NCBI RefSeq assembly: GCF_009914755.1
Contig: NC_060927.1
Source: the human T2T-CHM13v2.0 reference genome, Homo sapiens
Length of the DNA stretch: 64,000 nucleotides
Strand: one strand, 5' to 3'
The position numbers and the translations under genes were made by a program. The notes under the pieces are model-generated. The model did no database searches and had not been told where the DNA came from. It saw nothing but the letters and a program-made list of their open reading frames with translations. This document shows positions 27,801 through 40,786 of this stretch, piece by piece; positions within the stretch are counted from its first letter, which is position 1, and each line of letters begins with the position of its first letter.

Positions 27801-30800
27801 CAACGAAAGGTTAAACTCTGTCAGCTGAATGCGCACATCTCAGAGTAGCTTCAGAGAACAATTATGTCTAGTCTTTCTGGGAAGATATTTTCTCTTCTAC
27901 ATAGGCCTGAAACCGCTCTAAATATTCACTTGGAAATTCTACAAAAAGAATACTTCAACACTCTTCCATCAAAAGGAAGGTTGAACTCTGAGAGTTAAAC
28001 GCACACATCACAGAGAAGTTTCTGAGAATTCTTCTGTCAAGGTTTATATGAAGAAACCCCGTTTCCAATGAAGGCCTCAAAAAAGTCCAAAGATTTACTT
28101 GCAGATTCTACAAAAAGAGTGTTTCATAAACTGGTCTATCAAAAGAAAGTTTAAACTCAGTGAGTTGAACCCACACATCACAAAGTAGCTTCTGAGAATC
28201 ATTCTGTCTAGTCCTCCTATGAAGATATTGCCTTTTCTACCATAGGCCTCAAACGGCGCTAAATATCCACCTGGAAATTCTACAAAAACTGAGTTTCTAA
28301 GGTGCTCTATTGAAAGGAAGCTTCAACTCTGTGAGTTGAAGGTACACATCACAAAGAAGTTTCTGAGAATTCTTCTGTCTAGTTGTAAATGAAGAAATCA
28401 CGTTTCAAACGAAGGCCACAAAGAGGTCCAAATATCCACCTGCAGATTCTACAAAAAGAGTGTTTCCAAACTGCTCCATCAAGAGGAATGTTCAACTCGG
28501 TGCGTTGAATGCAAATATCACAAATAAGTTTCTGACAATACTTCTGTCTAGTTTTTATGTGAAGATATTTCCTTTCCTACTGTAGGCCTCAAAACGCTCT
28601 AAATAAACACTTGCAAACTCCACAAAAAGAGTGTTTCCAAACTGCTCTATCAAAGGAAGTTTAAACTCTGTCAGCTGAATGCAAGCATCACAAAACAGCT
28701 TCGGAGAATGAATCTGCCTAGTTTTTCTGTGAAGATATTTCTTTTTCTGCCATAGACCTCAAACCGCTGTAAAAATCCACTTGGAAATTCTACAAAAAGA
28801 GGATGTCAAAACTCTTCTATCGAAAGGAAGTTTCAACTCCATGAGTTAAATGCAGATATCACAAATAATTTTCTGAGGATTCTTCTTTCAAGTTTTATAT
28901 GAAGAAATCCCGTTTCCAAACATGGCCTCAGAAAAGCCCCACTATACACTTGCAGATTCTACAGAAAGAGTTTTTCAAAACTGCTCTATCAAAAGGAAGG
29001 TTAAACTCTGTGAGTTGAAGGCACACATCACAAATTAGTTTCTGAGAATCATTCTGTCTAGTTTCTCTATGAAGATATTGCCTTTTCCACCATAGGCCTC
29101 AAACGGCGCTAAATATCCACTTGGAAATTCTACAAAAAGAGGGTTACAAAACTGCTCTATCGAAAGGAAGCTTCAACTCTGCGAGTTGAAAGCACACATC
29201 ACGAAGAAGTTTATGAGAATTCTTCTGTCTACTTTTGTATGAAGCAGTCACATTTCAAACGAAGGCCACAAAGAGGTCCAAATATCCACTTGGAGATTCA
29301 ACAAAAAGAGTTTTTCAAAACTGCTCCATCAAGAGGAATATTCAACTCTGAGAGTTGAAGGCAGGTATCACAAAGTAGTTTCCGACAATGCTTCTGTCTA
29401 GATTTTATGTGAAGACATTCCCTTTTGTACCAGAGGCCTGAAAGCACTCTAAAGATAGAATAGCAAATTCCACAAAAAGAGGGTTTAAAACCGCTCTATC
29501 CAACGAAAGGTTAAACTCTGTCAGCTGAATGCGCACATCACAGAGTAGCTTCAGAGAACAATTATGTCTAGTCTTTCTGGGAAGATATTTTCTCTTCTAC
29601 ATAGGCCTGAAACCGCTCTAAATACTCACTTGGAAATTCTACAAAAAGAATACTTCAACACTCTTCCATCAAAAGGAAGGTTGAACTCTGAGAGTTAAAC
29701 GCACACATCACAGAGAAGTTTCTGAGAATTCTTCTGTCAAGGTTTATATGAAGAAACCCCGTTTCCAATGAAGGCCTCAAAAAAGTCCAAAGATTTACTT
29801 GCAGATTCTACAAAAAGAGTGTTTCATAAACTGGTCTATCAAAAGAAAGGTTAAACTCAGTGAGTTGAACCCACACATCACAAAGTAGCTTCTGAGAATC
29901 ATTCTGTCTAGTCCTCCTACGAAGATATTGCCTTTTCTACCATAGGCCTCAAACGGCGCTAAATATCCACCTGGAAATTCTACAAAAACTGAGTTTCTAA
30001 GGTGCTCTATTGAAAGGAAGCTTCAACTCTGTGAGTTGAAGGTACACATCACAAAGAAGTTTCTGAGAATTCTTCTGTCTAGTTGTAAATGAAGAAATCA
30101 CGTTTCAAACGAAGGCCACAAAGAGGTCCAAATATCCACCTGCAGATTCTACAAAAAGAGTGTTTCCAAACTGCTCCATCAAGAGGAATGTTCAACTCTG
30201 TGCGTTGAATGCAAATATCACAAATAAGTTTCTGACAATACTTCTGTCTAGTTTTTATGTGAAGATATTTCCTTTCCTACTGTAGGCCTCAAAACGCTCT
30301 AAATAAACACTTGCAAACTCCACAAAAAGAGTGTTTCCAAACTGCTCTATCAAACGAAGTTTAAACTCTGTCAGCTGAATGCAAGCATCACAAAACAGCT
30401 TCGGAGAATGAATCTGCCTTGTTTTTCTGTGAAGATATTTCTTTTTCTGCCATAGACCTCAAACCGCTGTAAAAATCCACTTGGAAATTCTACAAAAAGA
30501 GGATGTCAAAACTCTTCTATCGAAAGGAAGTTTCAATTCCATGAGTTAAATGCACATATCACAAATAATTTTCTGAGGATTCTTCTTTCAAGTTTTATAT
30601 GAAGAAATCCCGTTTCCAAACATGGCCTCAGAAAAGTCCCAATATACACTTGCAGATTCTACAGAAAGAGTTTTTCAAAACTGCTCTATCAACAGAAAGG
30701 TTAAACTCTGTGAGTTGAAGGCACACATCACAAAGTAGTTTCTGAGAATCATTCTGTCTAGTTTTTCTATGAAGATATTGCCTTTTCCACCATAGGCCTC

Positions 30801-33800
30801 AAACGGCGCTAAATATCCACTTGGAAATTCTACAAAAATAGGGTTACAAAACTGCTCTATCGAAAGGAAGCTTCAACTCTGCGAGTTGAAGCACACATCA
30901 CAAAGAAGTTTATGAGAATTCTTCTGTCTACTTTTGTATGAAGCAGTCACGTTTCAAACGAAGGCCACAAAGACGTCCAAATATCCACTTGGAGATTCAA
31001 CAAAAAGAGTTTTACAAAACTGCTCCATCAAGAGGAATATTCAACTCTGAGAGTTGAAGGCAGGTATCACAAAGTAGTTTCCGACAATGCTTCTATCAAG
31101 ATTTTATGTGAAGACATTCCCTTTTGTACCACAGGCCTGAAAGCACTCTAAAGATAGAATAGCAAATTCCACAAAAAGAGGGTTTAAAACCGCTCTATCC
31201 AACGAAAGGTTAAACTCTGTCAGCTGAATGCGCACATCTCAGAGTAGCTTCAGAGAACAATTATGTCTAGTCTTTCTGGGAAGATATTTTCTCTTCTACA
31301 TAGGCCTGAAACCGCTCTAAATATTCACTTGGAAATTCTACAAAAAGAATACTTCAACACTCTTCCATCAAAAGGAAGGTTGAACTCTGAGAGTTAAACG
31401 CACACATCACAGAGAAGTTTCTGAGAATTCTTCTGTCAAGGTTTATATGAAGAAACCCCGTTTCCAATGAAGGCCTCAAAAAAGTCCAAAGATTTACTTG
31501 CAGATTCTACAAAAAGAGTGTTTCATAAACTGGTCTATCAAAAGAAAGTTTAAACTCAGTGAGTTGAACCCACACATCACAAAGTAGCTTCTGAGAATCA
31601 TTCTGTCTAGTCCTCCTATGAAGATATTGCCTTTTCTACCATAGGCCTCAAACGGCGCTAAATATCCACCTGGAAATTCTACAAAAACTGAGTTTCTAAG
31701 GTGCTCTATTGAAAGGAAGCTTCAACTCTGTGAGTTGAAGGTACACATCACAAAGAAGTTTCTGAGAATTCTTCTGTCTAGTTGTAAATGAAGAAATCAC
31801 GTTTCAAACGAAGGCCACAAAGAGGTCCAAATATCCACCTGCAGATTCTACAAAAAGAGTGTTTCCAAACTGCTCCATCAAGAGGAATGTTCAACTCGGT
31901 GCGTTGAATGCAAATATCACAAATAAGTTTCTGACAATACTTCTGTCTAGTTTTTATGTGAAGATATTTCCTTTCCTACTGTAGGCCTCAAAACGCTCTA
32001 AATAAACACTTGCAAACTCCACAAAAAGAGTGTTTCCAAACTGCTCTATCAAAGGAAGTTTAAACTCTGTCAGCTGAATGCAAGCATCACAAAACAGCTT
32101 CGGAGAATGAATCTGCCTAGTTTTTCTGTGAAGATATTTCTTTTTCTGCCATAGACCTCAAACCGCTGTAAAAATCCACTTGGAAATTCTACAAAAAGAG
32201 GATGTCAAAACTCTTCTATCGAAAGGAAGTTTCAACTCCATGAGTTAAATGCAGATATCACAAATAATTTTCTGAGGATTCTTCTTTCAAGTTTTATATG
32301 AAGAAATCCCGTTTCCAAACATGGCCTCAGAAAAGCCCCACTATACACTTGCAGATTCTACAGAAAGAGTTTTTCAAAACTGCTCTATCAAAAGGAAGGT
32401 TAAACTCTGTGAGTTGAAGGCACACATCACAAATTAGTTTCTGAGAATCATTCTGTCTAGTTTCTCTATGAAGATATTGCCTTTTCCACCATAGGCCTCA
32501 AACGGCGCTAAATATCCACTTGGAAATTCTACAAAAAGAGGGTTACAAAACTGCTCTATCGAAAGGAAGCTTCAACTCTGCGAGTTGAAAGCACACATCA
32601 CGAAGAAGTTTATGAGAATTCTTCTGTCTACTTTTGTATGAAGCAGTCACATTTCAAACGAAGGCCACAAAGAGGTCCAAATATCCACTTGGAGATTCAA
32701 CAAAAAGAGTTTTTCAAAACTGCTCCATCAAGAGGAATATTCAACTCTGAGAGTTGAAGGCAGGTATCACAAAGTAGTTTCCGACAATGCTTCTGTCTAG
32801 ATTTTATGTGAAGACATTCCCTTTTGTACCAGAGGCCTGAAAGCACTCTAAAGATAGAATAGCAAATTCCACAAAAAGAGGGTTTAAAACCGCTCTATCC
32901 AACGAAAGGTTAAACTCTGTCAGCTGAATGCGCACATCACAGAGTAGCTTCAGAGAACAATTATGTCTAGTCTTTCTGGGAAGATATTTTCTCTTCTACA
33001 TAGGCCTGAAACCGCTCTAAATACTCACTTGGAAATTCTACAAAAAGAATACTTCAACACTCTTCCATCAAAAGGAAGGTTGAACTCTGAGAGTTAAACG
33101 CACACATCACAGAGAAGTTTCTGAGAATTCTTCTGTCAAGGTTTATATGAAGAAACCCCGTTTCCAATGAAGGCCTCAAAAAAGTCCAAAGATTTACTTG
33201 CAGATTCTACAAAAAGAGTGTTTCATAAACTGGTCTATCAAAAGAAAGGTTAAACTCAGTGAGTTGAACCCACACATCACAAAGTAGCTTCTGAGAATCA
33301 TTCTGTCTAGTCCTCCTACGAAGATATTGCCTTTTCTACCATAGGCCTCAAACGGCGCTAAATATCCACCTGGAAATTCTACAAAAACTGAGTTTCTAAG
33401 GTGCTCTATTGAAAGGAAGCTTCAACTCTGTGAGTTGAAGGTACACATCACAAAGAAGTTTCTGAGAATTCTTCTGTCTAGTTGTAAATGAAGAAATCAC
33501 GTTTCAAACGAAGGCCACAAAGAGGTCCAAATATCCACCTGCAGATTCTACAAAAAGAGTGTTTCCAAACTGCTCCATCAAGAGGAATGTTCAACTCGGT
33601 GCGTTGAATGCAAATATCACAAATAAGTTTCTGACAATACTTCTGTCTAGTTTTTATGTGAAGATATTTCCTTTCCTACTGTAGGCCTCAAAACGCTCTA
33701 AATAAACACTTGCAAACTCCACAAAAAGAGTGTTTCCAAACTGCTCTATCAAAGGAAGTTTAAACTCTGTCAGCTGAATGCAAGCATCACAAAACAGCTT

Positions 33801-36800
33801 CGGAGAATGAATCTGCCTAGTTTTTCTGTGAAGATATTTCTTTTTCTGCCATAGACCTCAAACCGCTGTAAAAATCCACTTGGAAATTCTACAAAAAGAG
33901 GATGTCAAAACTCTTCTATCGAAAGGAAGTTTCAACTCCATGAGTTAAATGCAGATATCACAAATAATTTTCTGAGGATTCTTCTTTCAAGTTTTATATG
34001 AAGAAATCCCGTTTCCAAACATGGCCTCAGAAAAGCCCCACTATACACTTGCAGATTCTACAGAAAGAGTTTTTCAAAACTGCTCTATCAAAAGGAAGGT
34101 TAAACTCTGTGAGTTGAAGGCACACATCACAAATTAGTTTCTGAGAATCATTCTGTCTAGTTTCTCTATGAAGATATTGCCTTTTCCACCATAGGCCTCA
34201 AACGGCGCTAAATATCCACTTGGAAATTCTACAAAAAGAGGGTTACAAAACTGCTCTATCGAAAGGAAGCTTCAACTCTGCGAGTTGAAAGCACACATCA
34301 CGAAGAAGTTTATGAGAATTCTTCTGTCTACTTTTGTATGAAGCAGTCACATTTCAAACGAAGGCCACAAAGAGGTCCAAATATCCACTTGGAGATTCAA
34401 CAAAAAGAGTTTTTCAAAACTGCTCCATCAAGAGGAATATTCAACTCTGAGAGTTGAAGGCAGGTATCACAAAGTAGTTTCCGACAATGCTTCTGTCTAG
34501 ATTTTATGTGAAGACATTCCCTTTTGTACCAGAGGCCTGAAAGCACTCTAAAGATAGAATAGCAAATTCCACAAAAAGAGGGTTTAAAACCGCTCTATCC
34601 AACGAAAGGTTAAACTCTGTCAGCTGAATGCGCACATCACAGAGTAGCTTCAGAGAACAATTATGTCTAGTCTTTCTGGGAAGATATTTTCTCTTCTACA
34701 TAGGCCTGAAACCGCTCTAAATACTCACTTGGAAATTCTACAAAAAGAATACTTCAACACTCTTCCATCAAAAGGAAGGTTGAACTCTGAGAGTTAAACG
34801 CACACATCACAGAGAAGTTTCTGAGAATTCTTCTGTCAAGGTTTATATGAAGAAACCCCGTTTCCAATGAAGGCCTCAAAAAAGTCCAAAGATTTACTTG
34901 CAGATTCTACAAAAAGAGTGTTTCATAAAGTGGTCTATCAAAAGAAAGGTTAAACTCAGTGAGTTGAACCCATACATCACAAAGTAGCTTCTGAGAATCA
35001 TTCTGTCTAGTCCTCCTACGAAGATATTGCCTTTTCTACCATAGGCCTCAAACGGCGCTAAATATCCACCTGGAAATTCTACAAAAACTGAGTTTCTAAG
35101 GTGCTCTATTGAAAGGAAGCTTCAACTCTGTGAGTTGAAGGTACACATCACAAAGAAGTTTCTGAGAATTCTTCTGTCTAGTTGTAAATGAAGAAATCAC
35201 GTTTCAAACGAAGGCCACAAAGAGGTCCAAATATCCACCTGCAGATTCTACAAAAAGAGTGTTTCCAAACTGCTCCATCAAGAGGAATGTTCAACTCTGT
35301 GCGTTGAATGCAAATATCACAAATAAGTTTCTGACAATACTTCTGTCTAGTTTTTATGTGAAGATATTTCCTTTCCTACTGTAGGCCTCAAAACGCTCTA
35401 AATAAACACTTGCAAACTCCACAAAAAGAGTGTTTCCAAACTGCTCTATCAAACGAAGTTTAAACTCTGTCAGCTGAATGCAAGCATCACAAAACAGCTT
35501 CGGAGAATGAATCTGCCTTGTTTTTCTGTGAAGATATTTCTTTTTCTGCCATAGACCTCAAACCGCTGTAAAAATCCACTTGGAAATTCTACAAAAAGAG
35601 GATGTCAAAACTCTTCTATCGAAAGGAAGTTTCAATTCCATGAGTTAAATGCACATATCACAAATAATTTTCTGAGGATTCTTCTTTCAAGTTTTATATG
35701 AAGAAATCCCGTTTCCAAACATGGCCTCAGAAAAGTCCCAATATACACTTGCAGATTCTACAGAAAGAGTTTTTCAAAACTGCTCTATCAACAGAAAGGT
35801 TAAACTCTGTGAGTTGAAGGCACACATCACAAAGTAGTTTCTGAGAATCATTCTGTCTAGTTTTTCTATGAAGATATTGCCTTTTCCACCATAGGCCTCA
35901 AACGGCGCTAAATATCCACTTGGAAATTCTACAAAAATAGGGTTACAAAACTGCTCTATCGAAAGGAAGCTTCAACTCTGCGAGTTGAAGCACACATCAC
36001 AAAGAAGTTTATGAGAATTCTTCTGTCTACTTTTGTATGAAGCAGTCACGTTTCAAACGAAGGCCACAAAGACGTCCAAATATCCACTTGGAGATTCAAC
36101 AAAAAGAGTTTTACAAAACTGCTCCATCAAGAGGAATATTCAACTCTGAGAGTTGAAGGCAGGTATCACAAGGTAGTTTCCGACAATGCTTCTATCAAGA
36201 TTTTATGTGAAGACATTCCCTTTTGTACCACAGGCCTGAAAGCACTCTAAAGATAGAATAGCAAATTCCACAAAAAGAGGGTTTAAAACCGCTCTATCCA
36301 ACGAAAGGTTAAACTCTGTCAGCTGAATGCGCACATCTCAGAGTAGCTTCAGAGAACAATTATGTCTAGTCTTTCTGGGAAGATATTTTCTCTTCTACAT
36401 AGGCCTGAAACCGCTCTAAATATTCACTTGGAAATTCTACAAAAAGAATACTTCAACACTCTTCCATCAAAAGGAAGGTTGAACTCTGAGAGTTAAACGC
36501 ACACATCACAGAGAAGTTTCTGAGAATTCTTCTGTCAAGGTTTATATGAAGAAACCCCGTTTCCAATGAAGGCCTCAAAAAAGTCCAAAGATTTACTTGC
36601 AGATTCTACAAAAAGAGTGTTTCATAAACTGGTCTATCAAAAGAAAGGTTAAACTCAGTGAGTTGAACCCACACATCACAAAGTAGCTTCTGAGAATCAT
36701 TCTGTCTAGTCCTCCTATGAAGATATTGCCTTTTCTACCATAGGCCTCAAACGGCGCTAAATATCCACCTGGAAATTCTACAAAAACTGAGTTTCTAAGG

Positions 36801-39089
36801 TGCTCTATTGAAAGGAAGCTTCAACTCTGTGAGTTGAAGGTACACATCACAAAGAAGTTTCTGAGAATTCTTCTGTCTAGTTGTAAATGAAGAAATCACG
36901 TTTCAAACGAAGGCCACAAAGAGGTCCAAATATCCACCTGCAGATTCTACAAAAAGAGTGTTTCCAAACTGCTCCATCAAGAGGAATGTTCAACTCGGTG
37001 CGTTGAATGCAAATATCACAAATAAGTTTCTGACAATACTTCTGTCTAGTTTTTATGTGAAGATATTTCCTTTCCTACTGTAGGCCTCAAAACGCTCTAA
37101 ATAAACACTTGCAAACTCCACAAAAAGAGTGTTTCCAAACTGCTCTATCAAAGGAAGTTTAAACTCTGTCAGCTGAATGCAAGCATCACAAAACAGCTTC
37201 GGAGAATGAATCTGCCTAGTTTTTCTGTGAAGATATTTCTTTTTCTGCCATAGACCTCAAACCGCTGTAAAAATCCACTTGGAAATTCTACAAAAAGAGG
37301 ATGTCAAAACTCTTCTATCGAAAGGAAGTTTCAACTCCATGAGTTAAATGCAGATATCACAAATAATTTTCTGAGGATTCTTCTTTCAAGTTTTATATGA
37401 AGAAATCCCGTTTCCAAACATGGCCTCAGAAAAGCCCCACTATACACTTGCAGATTCTACAGAAAGAGTTTTTCAAAACTGCTCTATCAACAGAAAGGTT
37501 AAACTCTGTGAGTTGAAGGCACACATCACAAATTAGTTTCTGAGAATCATTCTGTCTAGTTTCTCTATGAAGATATTGCCTTTTCCACCATAGGCCTCAA
37601 ACGGCGCTAAATATCCACTTGGAAATTCTACAAAAAGAGGGTTACAAAACTGCTCTATCGAAAGGAAGCTTCAACTCTGCGAGTTGAAAGCACACATCAC
37701 GAAGAAGTTTATGAGAATTCTTCTGTCTACTTTTGTATGAAGCAGTCACATTTCAAACGAAGGCCACAAAGAGGTCCAAATATCCACTTGGAGATTCAAC
37801 AAAAAGAGTTTTTCAAAACTGCTCCATCAAGAGGAATATTCAACTCTGAGAGTTGAAGGCAGGTATCACAAAGTAGTTTCCGACAATGCTTCTGTCTAGA
37901 TTTTATGTGAAGACATTCCCTTTTGTACCAGAGGCCTGAAAGCACTCTAAAGATAGAATAGCAAATTCCACAAAAAGAGGGTTTAAAACCGCTCTATCCA
38001 ACGAAAGGTTAAACTCTGTCAGCTGAATGCGCACATCACAGAGTAGCTTCAGAGAACAATTATGTCTAGTCTTTCTGGGAAGATATTTTCTCTTCTACAT
38101 AGGCCTGAAACCGCTCTAAATACTCACTTGGAAATTCTACAAAAAGAATACTTCAACACTCTTCCATCAAAAGGAAGGTTGAACTCTGAGAGTTAAACGC
38201 ACACATCACAGAGAAGTTTCTGAGAATTCTTCTGTCAAGGTTTATATGAAGAAACCCCGTTTCCAATGAAGGCCTCAAAAAAGTCCAAAGATTTACTTGC
38301 AGATTCTACAAAAAGAGTGTTTCATAAACTGGTCTATCAAAAGAAAGGTTAAACTCAGTGAGTTGAACCCACACATCACAAAGTAGCTTCTGAGAATCAT
38401 TCTGTCTAGTCCTCCTACGAAGATATTGCCTTTTCTACCATAGGCCTCAAACGGCGCTAAATATCCACCTGGAAATTCTACAAAAACTGAGTTTCTAAGG
38501 TGCTCTATTGAAAGGAAGCTTCAACTCTGTGAGTTGAAGGTACACATCACAAAGAAGTTTCTGAGAATTCTTCTGTCTAGTTGTAAATGAAGAAATCACG
38601 TTTCAAACGAAGGCCACAAAGAGGTCCAAATATCCACCTGCAGATTCTACAAAAAGAGTGTTTCCAAACTGCTCCATCAAGAGGAATGTTCAACTCGGTG
38701 CGTTGAATGCAAATATCACAAATAAGTTTCTGACAATACTTCTGTCTAGTTTTTATGTGAAGATATTTCCTTTCCTACTGTAGGCCTCAAAACGCTCTAA
38801 ATATACACTTGCAAACTCCCCAAAAAGAGTGTTTCCAAACTGCTCTATCAAAGGAAGTTTAAACTCTGTAAGCTTAATGCAAGCATCACAAAACAGCTTC
38901 GGAGAATGAATCTGCCTAGTTTTTCTGTGAAGATATTTCTTTTTCTGCCATAGACCTCAAACCGCTGTAAAAATCCACTTGGAAATTCTACAAAAAGAGT
39001 ATTTCAAAACTCTTCTATCGAAAGGCAGTTTCAACTCCATGAGTTAAATGCACATATCACAAATAATTTTCTGAGGATTCTTCTTCCAA

Positions 39090-40786
39090 GTTTTATATGA
39101 AGAAATCCCGTTTCCAAAGATGGCCTCAGAAAAGTCCCAATATACACTTGCAGATTCTACAAAAAGAGTTTTTCAAAACTGCTCTATCAAAAGAAAGGTT
39201 GAACTCTGTGAGTTGAAGGCACATATCACAAAGTAGTTTCTGAGAATCATTCTGTCTAGTTTTTCTATGAAGATATTGCCTTTTCCACCATAGGCCTCAA
39301 ACGGCGCTAAATATCCCCTTGGAAATTCTACAAAAAGAGAGTTACAAGACTGCTCTGTCGAAAGGAAGCTTCAACTCAGCGAGTTGAAAGCACAAATCAC
39401 GACGAAGTTTATGAGAGTTCTTCTGTCTAGTTTTGTATGAAGAAGTCACGTTTCAAACGAGGGCCACAAAGAGGTCCAAATGTCCACTTGGAGATTCAAC
39501 AAAAAGAGTTTTTCAAAACTGCTCCATCAAGAGGAATATTCAACTCTGAGGGTTGAAGGCAGGTATCACAAAGTAGTTTCCGACAATGCTTCTGTCTAGA
39601 TTTTATGTGAAGACATTCCCTTTCGTACCACAGGCCTGAAAGCACTCTAAATATAGAATTGCAAATTCCACAAAAAGAGTGTTTAAAACCGCTCTATGCA
39701 AAGAAAGCTTAAACTCTGTCAGCTGAATGCGCACATCACAGAGTGGCTTCAGAGAACAATTATGTCTAGTTTTTCTGTGAAGACATTTTCTCTTCTACAT
39801 AGGCCTGAAACCGCTCTAAATATTCACTTGGAAATTCTACAAAAGGAATATTTCAACCCTCTTTTATCAAAAGGTAGGTTGAACTCTGAGAGTTAAACGC
39901 ACACTTCACAGAGTAGTTTCTGAGAATTCTTCTGTCAAGGTTTATATGAAGAAACCCCGTTCCAATGAAGGCTTCAAAAAAGTCCAAATATTCACTTGCA
40001 GATTCTACAAAAAGAGTGTTTCATAATTGGTCTATCAAAAGAAAGGTTAAACTCAGTGAGTTGAACCCACACATCACAAAGTAGCTCCTGAGAATCATTC
40101 TGTCTAGTCCTCCTACGAAGATATTGCCTTTTCTACCATAGGCCTCAAACGCGCTAAATATCCACCTGGAAATTCTACAAAAACTGAGTTTCTGAAGTGC
40201 TCTATTGAAAGGAAGTTTCAACTCTGTGAGTTGAAGGTACACATCACAAAGAAGTTTCTGAGAATTCTTCTGTCTAGTTGTAAATGAAGAAATCACGTTT
40301 CAAACGAAGGCCACAAAGATGTCCAAATATCCACTTGCAGATTCTACAAAAAGAGTGTTTCAAAACTGCTCCATCAAGAGGAATGTTCAACTCGGTGCGT
40401 TGACTGCAAATATCACAAATAAGTTTCTGACAATACTTCTGTCTAGTTTTTATGTGAAGATATTTCCTTTCCTACTGTAGGCCTCAAAACGCTCTAAATA
40501 TACACTTGTAAACTCCCCAAAAAGAGTGTTTCCAAACTGCTCTATCAAAGGAAGTTTAAAATCTGTAAGCTTAATGCAAGCATCACAAAACAGCTTCGGA
40601 GAATGAATCTGCCTAGTTTTTCTGTGAAGATATTTCTTTTTCTGCCATAGACCTCAAACCGCTGTAAAAATCCACTTGGAAATTCTACAAAAAGAGTATT
40701 TCAAAGCTCTTCTATCGAAAGGAAGTTTCAGCTCCATGAGTTAAATGCACATATCACAAATAATTTTCTGAGGATTCTTCTTTCAA
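39090..40786 (-). repeat. Divergent old-type HOR variant gamma (1697 bp), copy 1
   Basis: Markers ccccgttcc (deletion), aaacgcgct (deletion), cataattgg, ctatgcaaag, gacgaagttt, gagggttga, ttgactgc. Confidence 0.93.

Larger units (their letters stand above)
1..32290 (-). repeat. 3399-bp super-repeat (20-mer): strict alternation of HOR variant alpha (1699 bp) and beta (1700 bp)
   Basis: Alpha markers: aaagtcccaata, caacagaaagg, aaaaataggg, gttgaagcac (1-bp deletion), gacgtcc, ctatcaaga, catctcaga. Beta markers: aaagccccacta, aattagtt, ttctctatg, gtcacattt, accagagg, tactcac, cctacgaag, gccttgt. About 24 differences (~1.4%) separate alpha from beta, while like copies typically differ at 0-2 sites. 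The unit at 20395 is an alpha hybrid. Confidence 0.95.
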
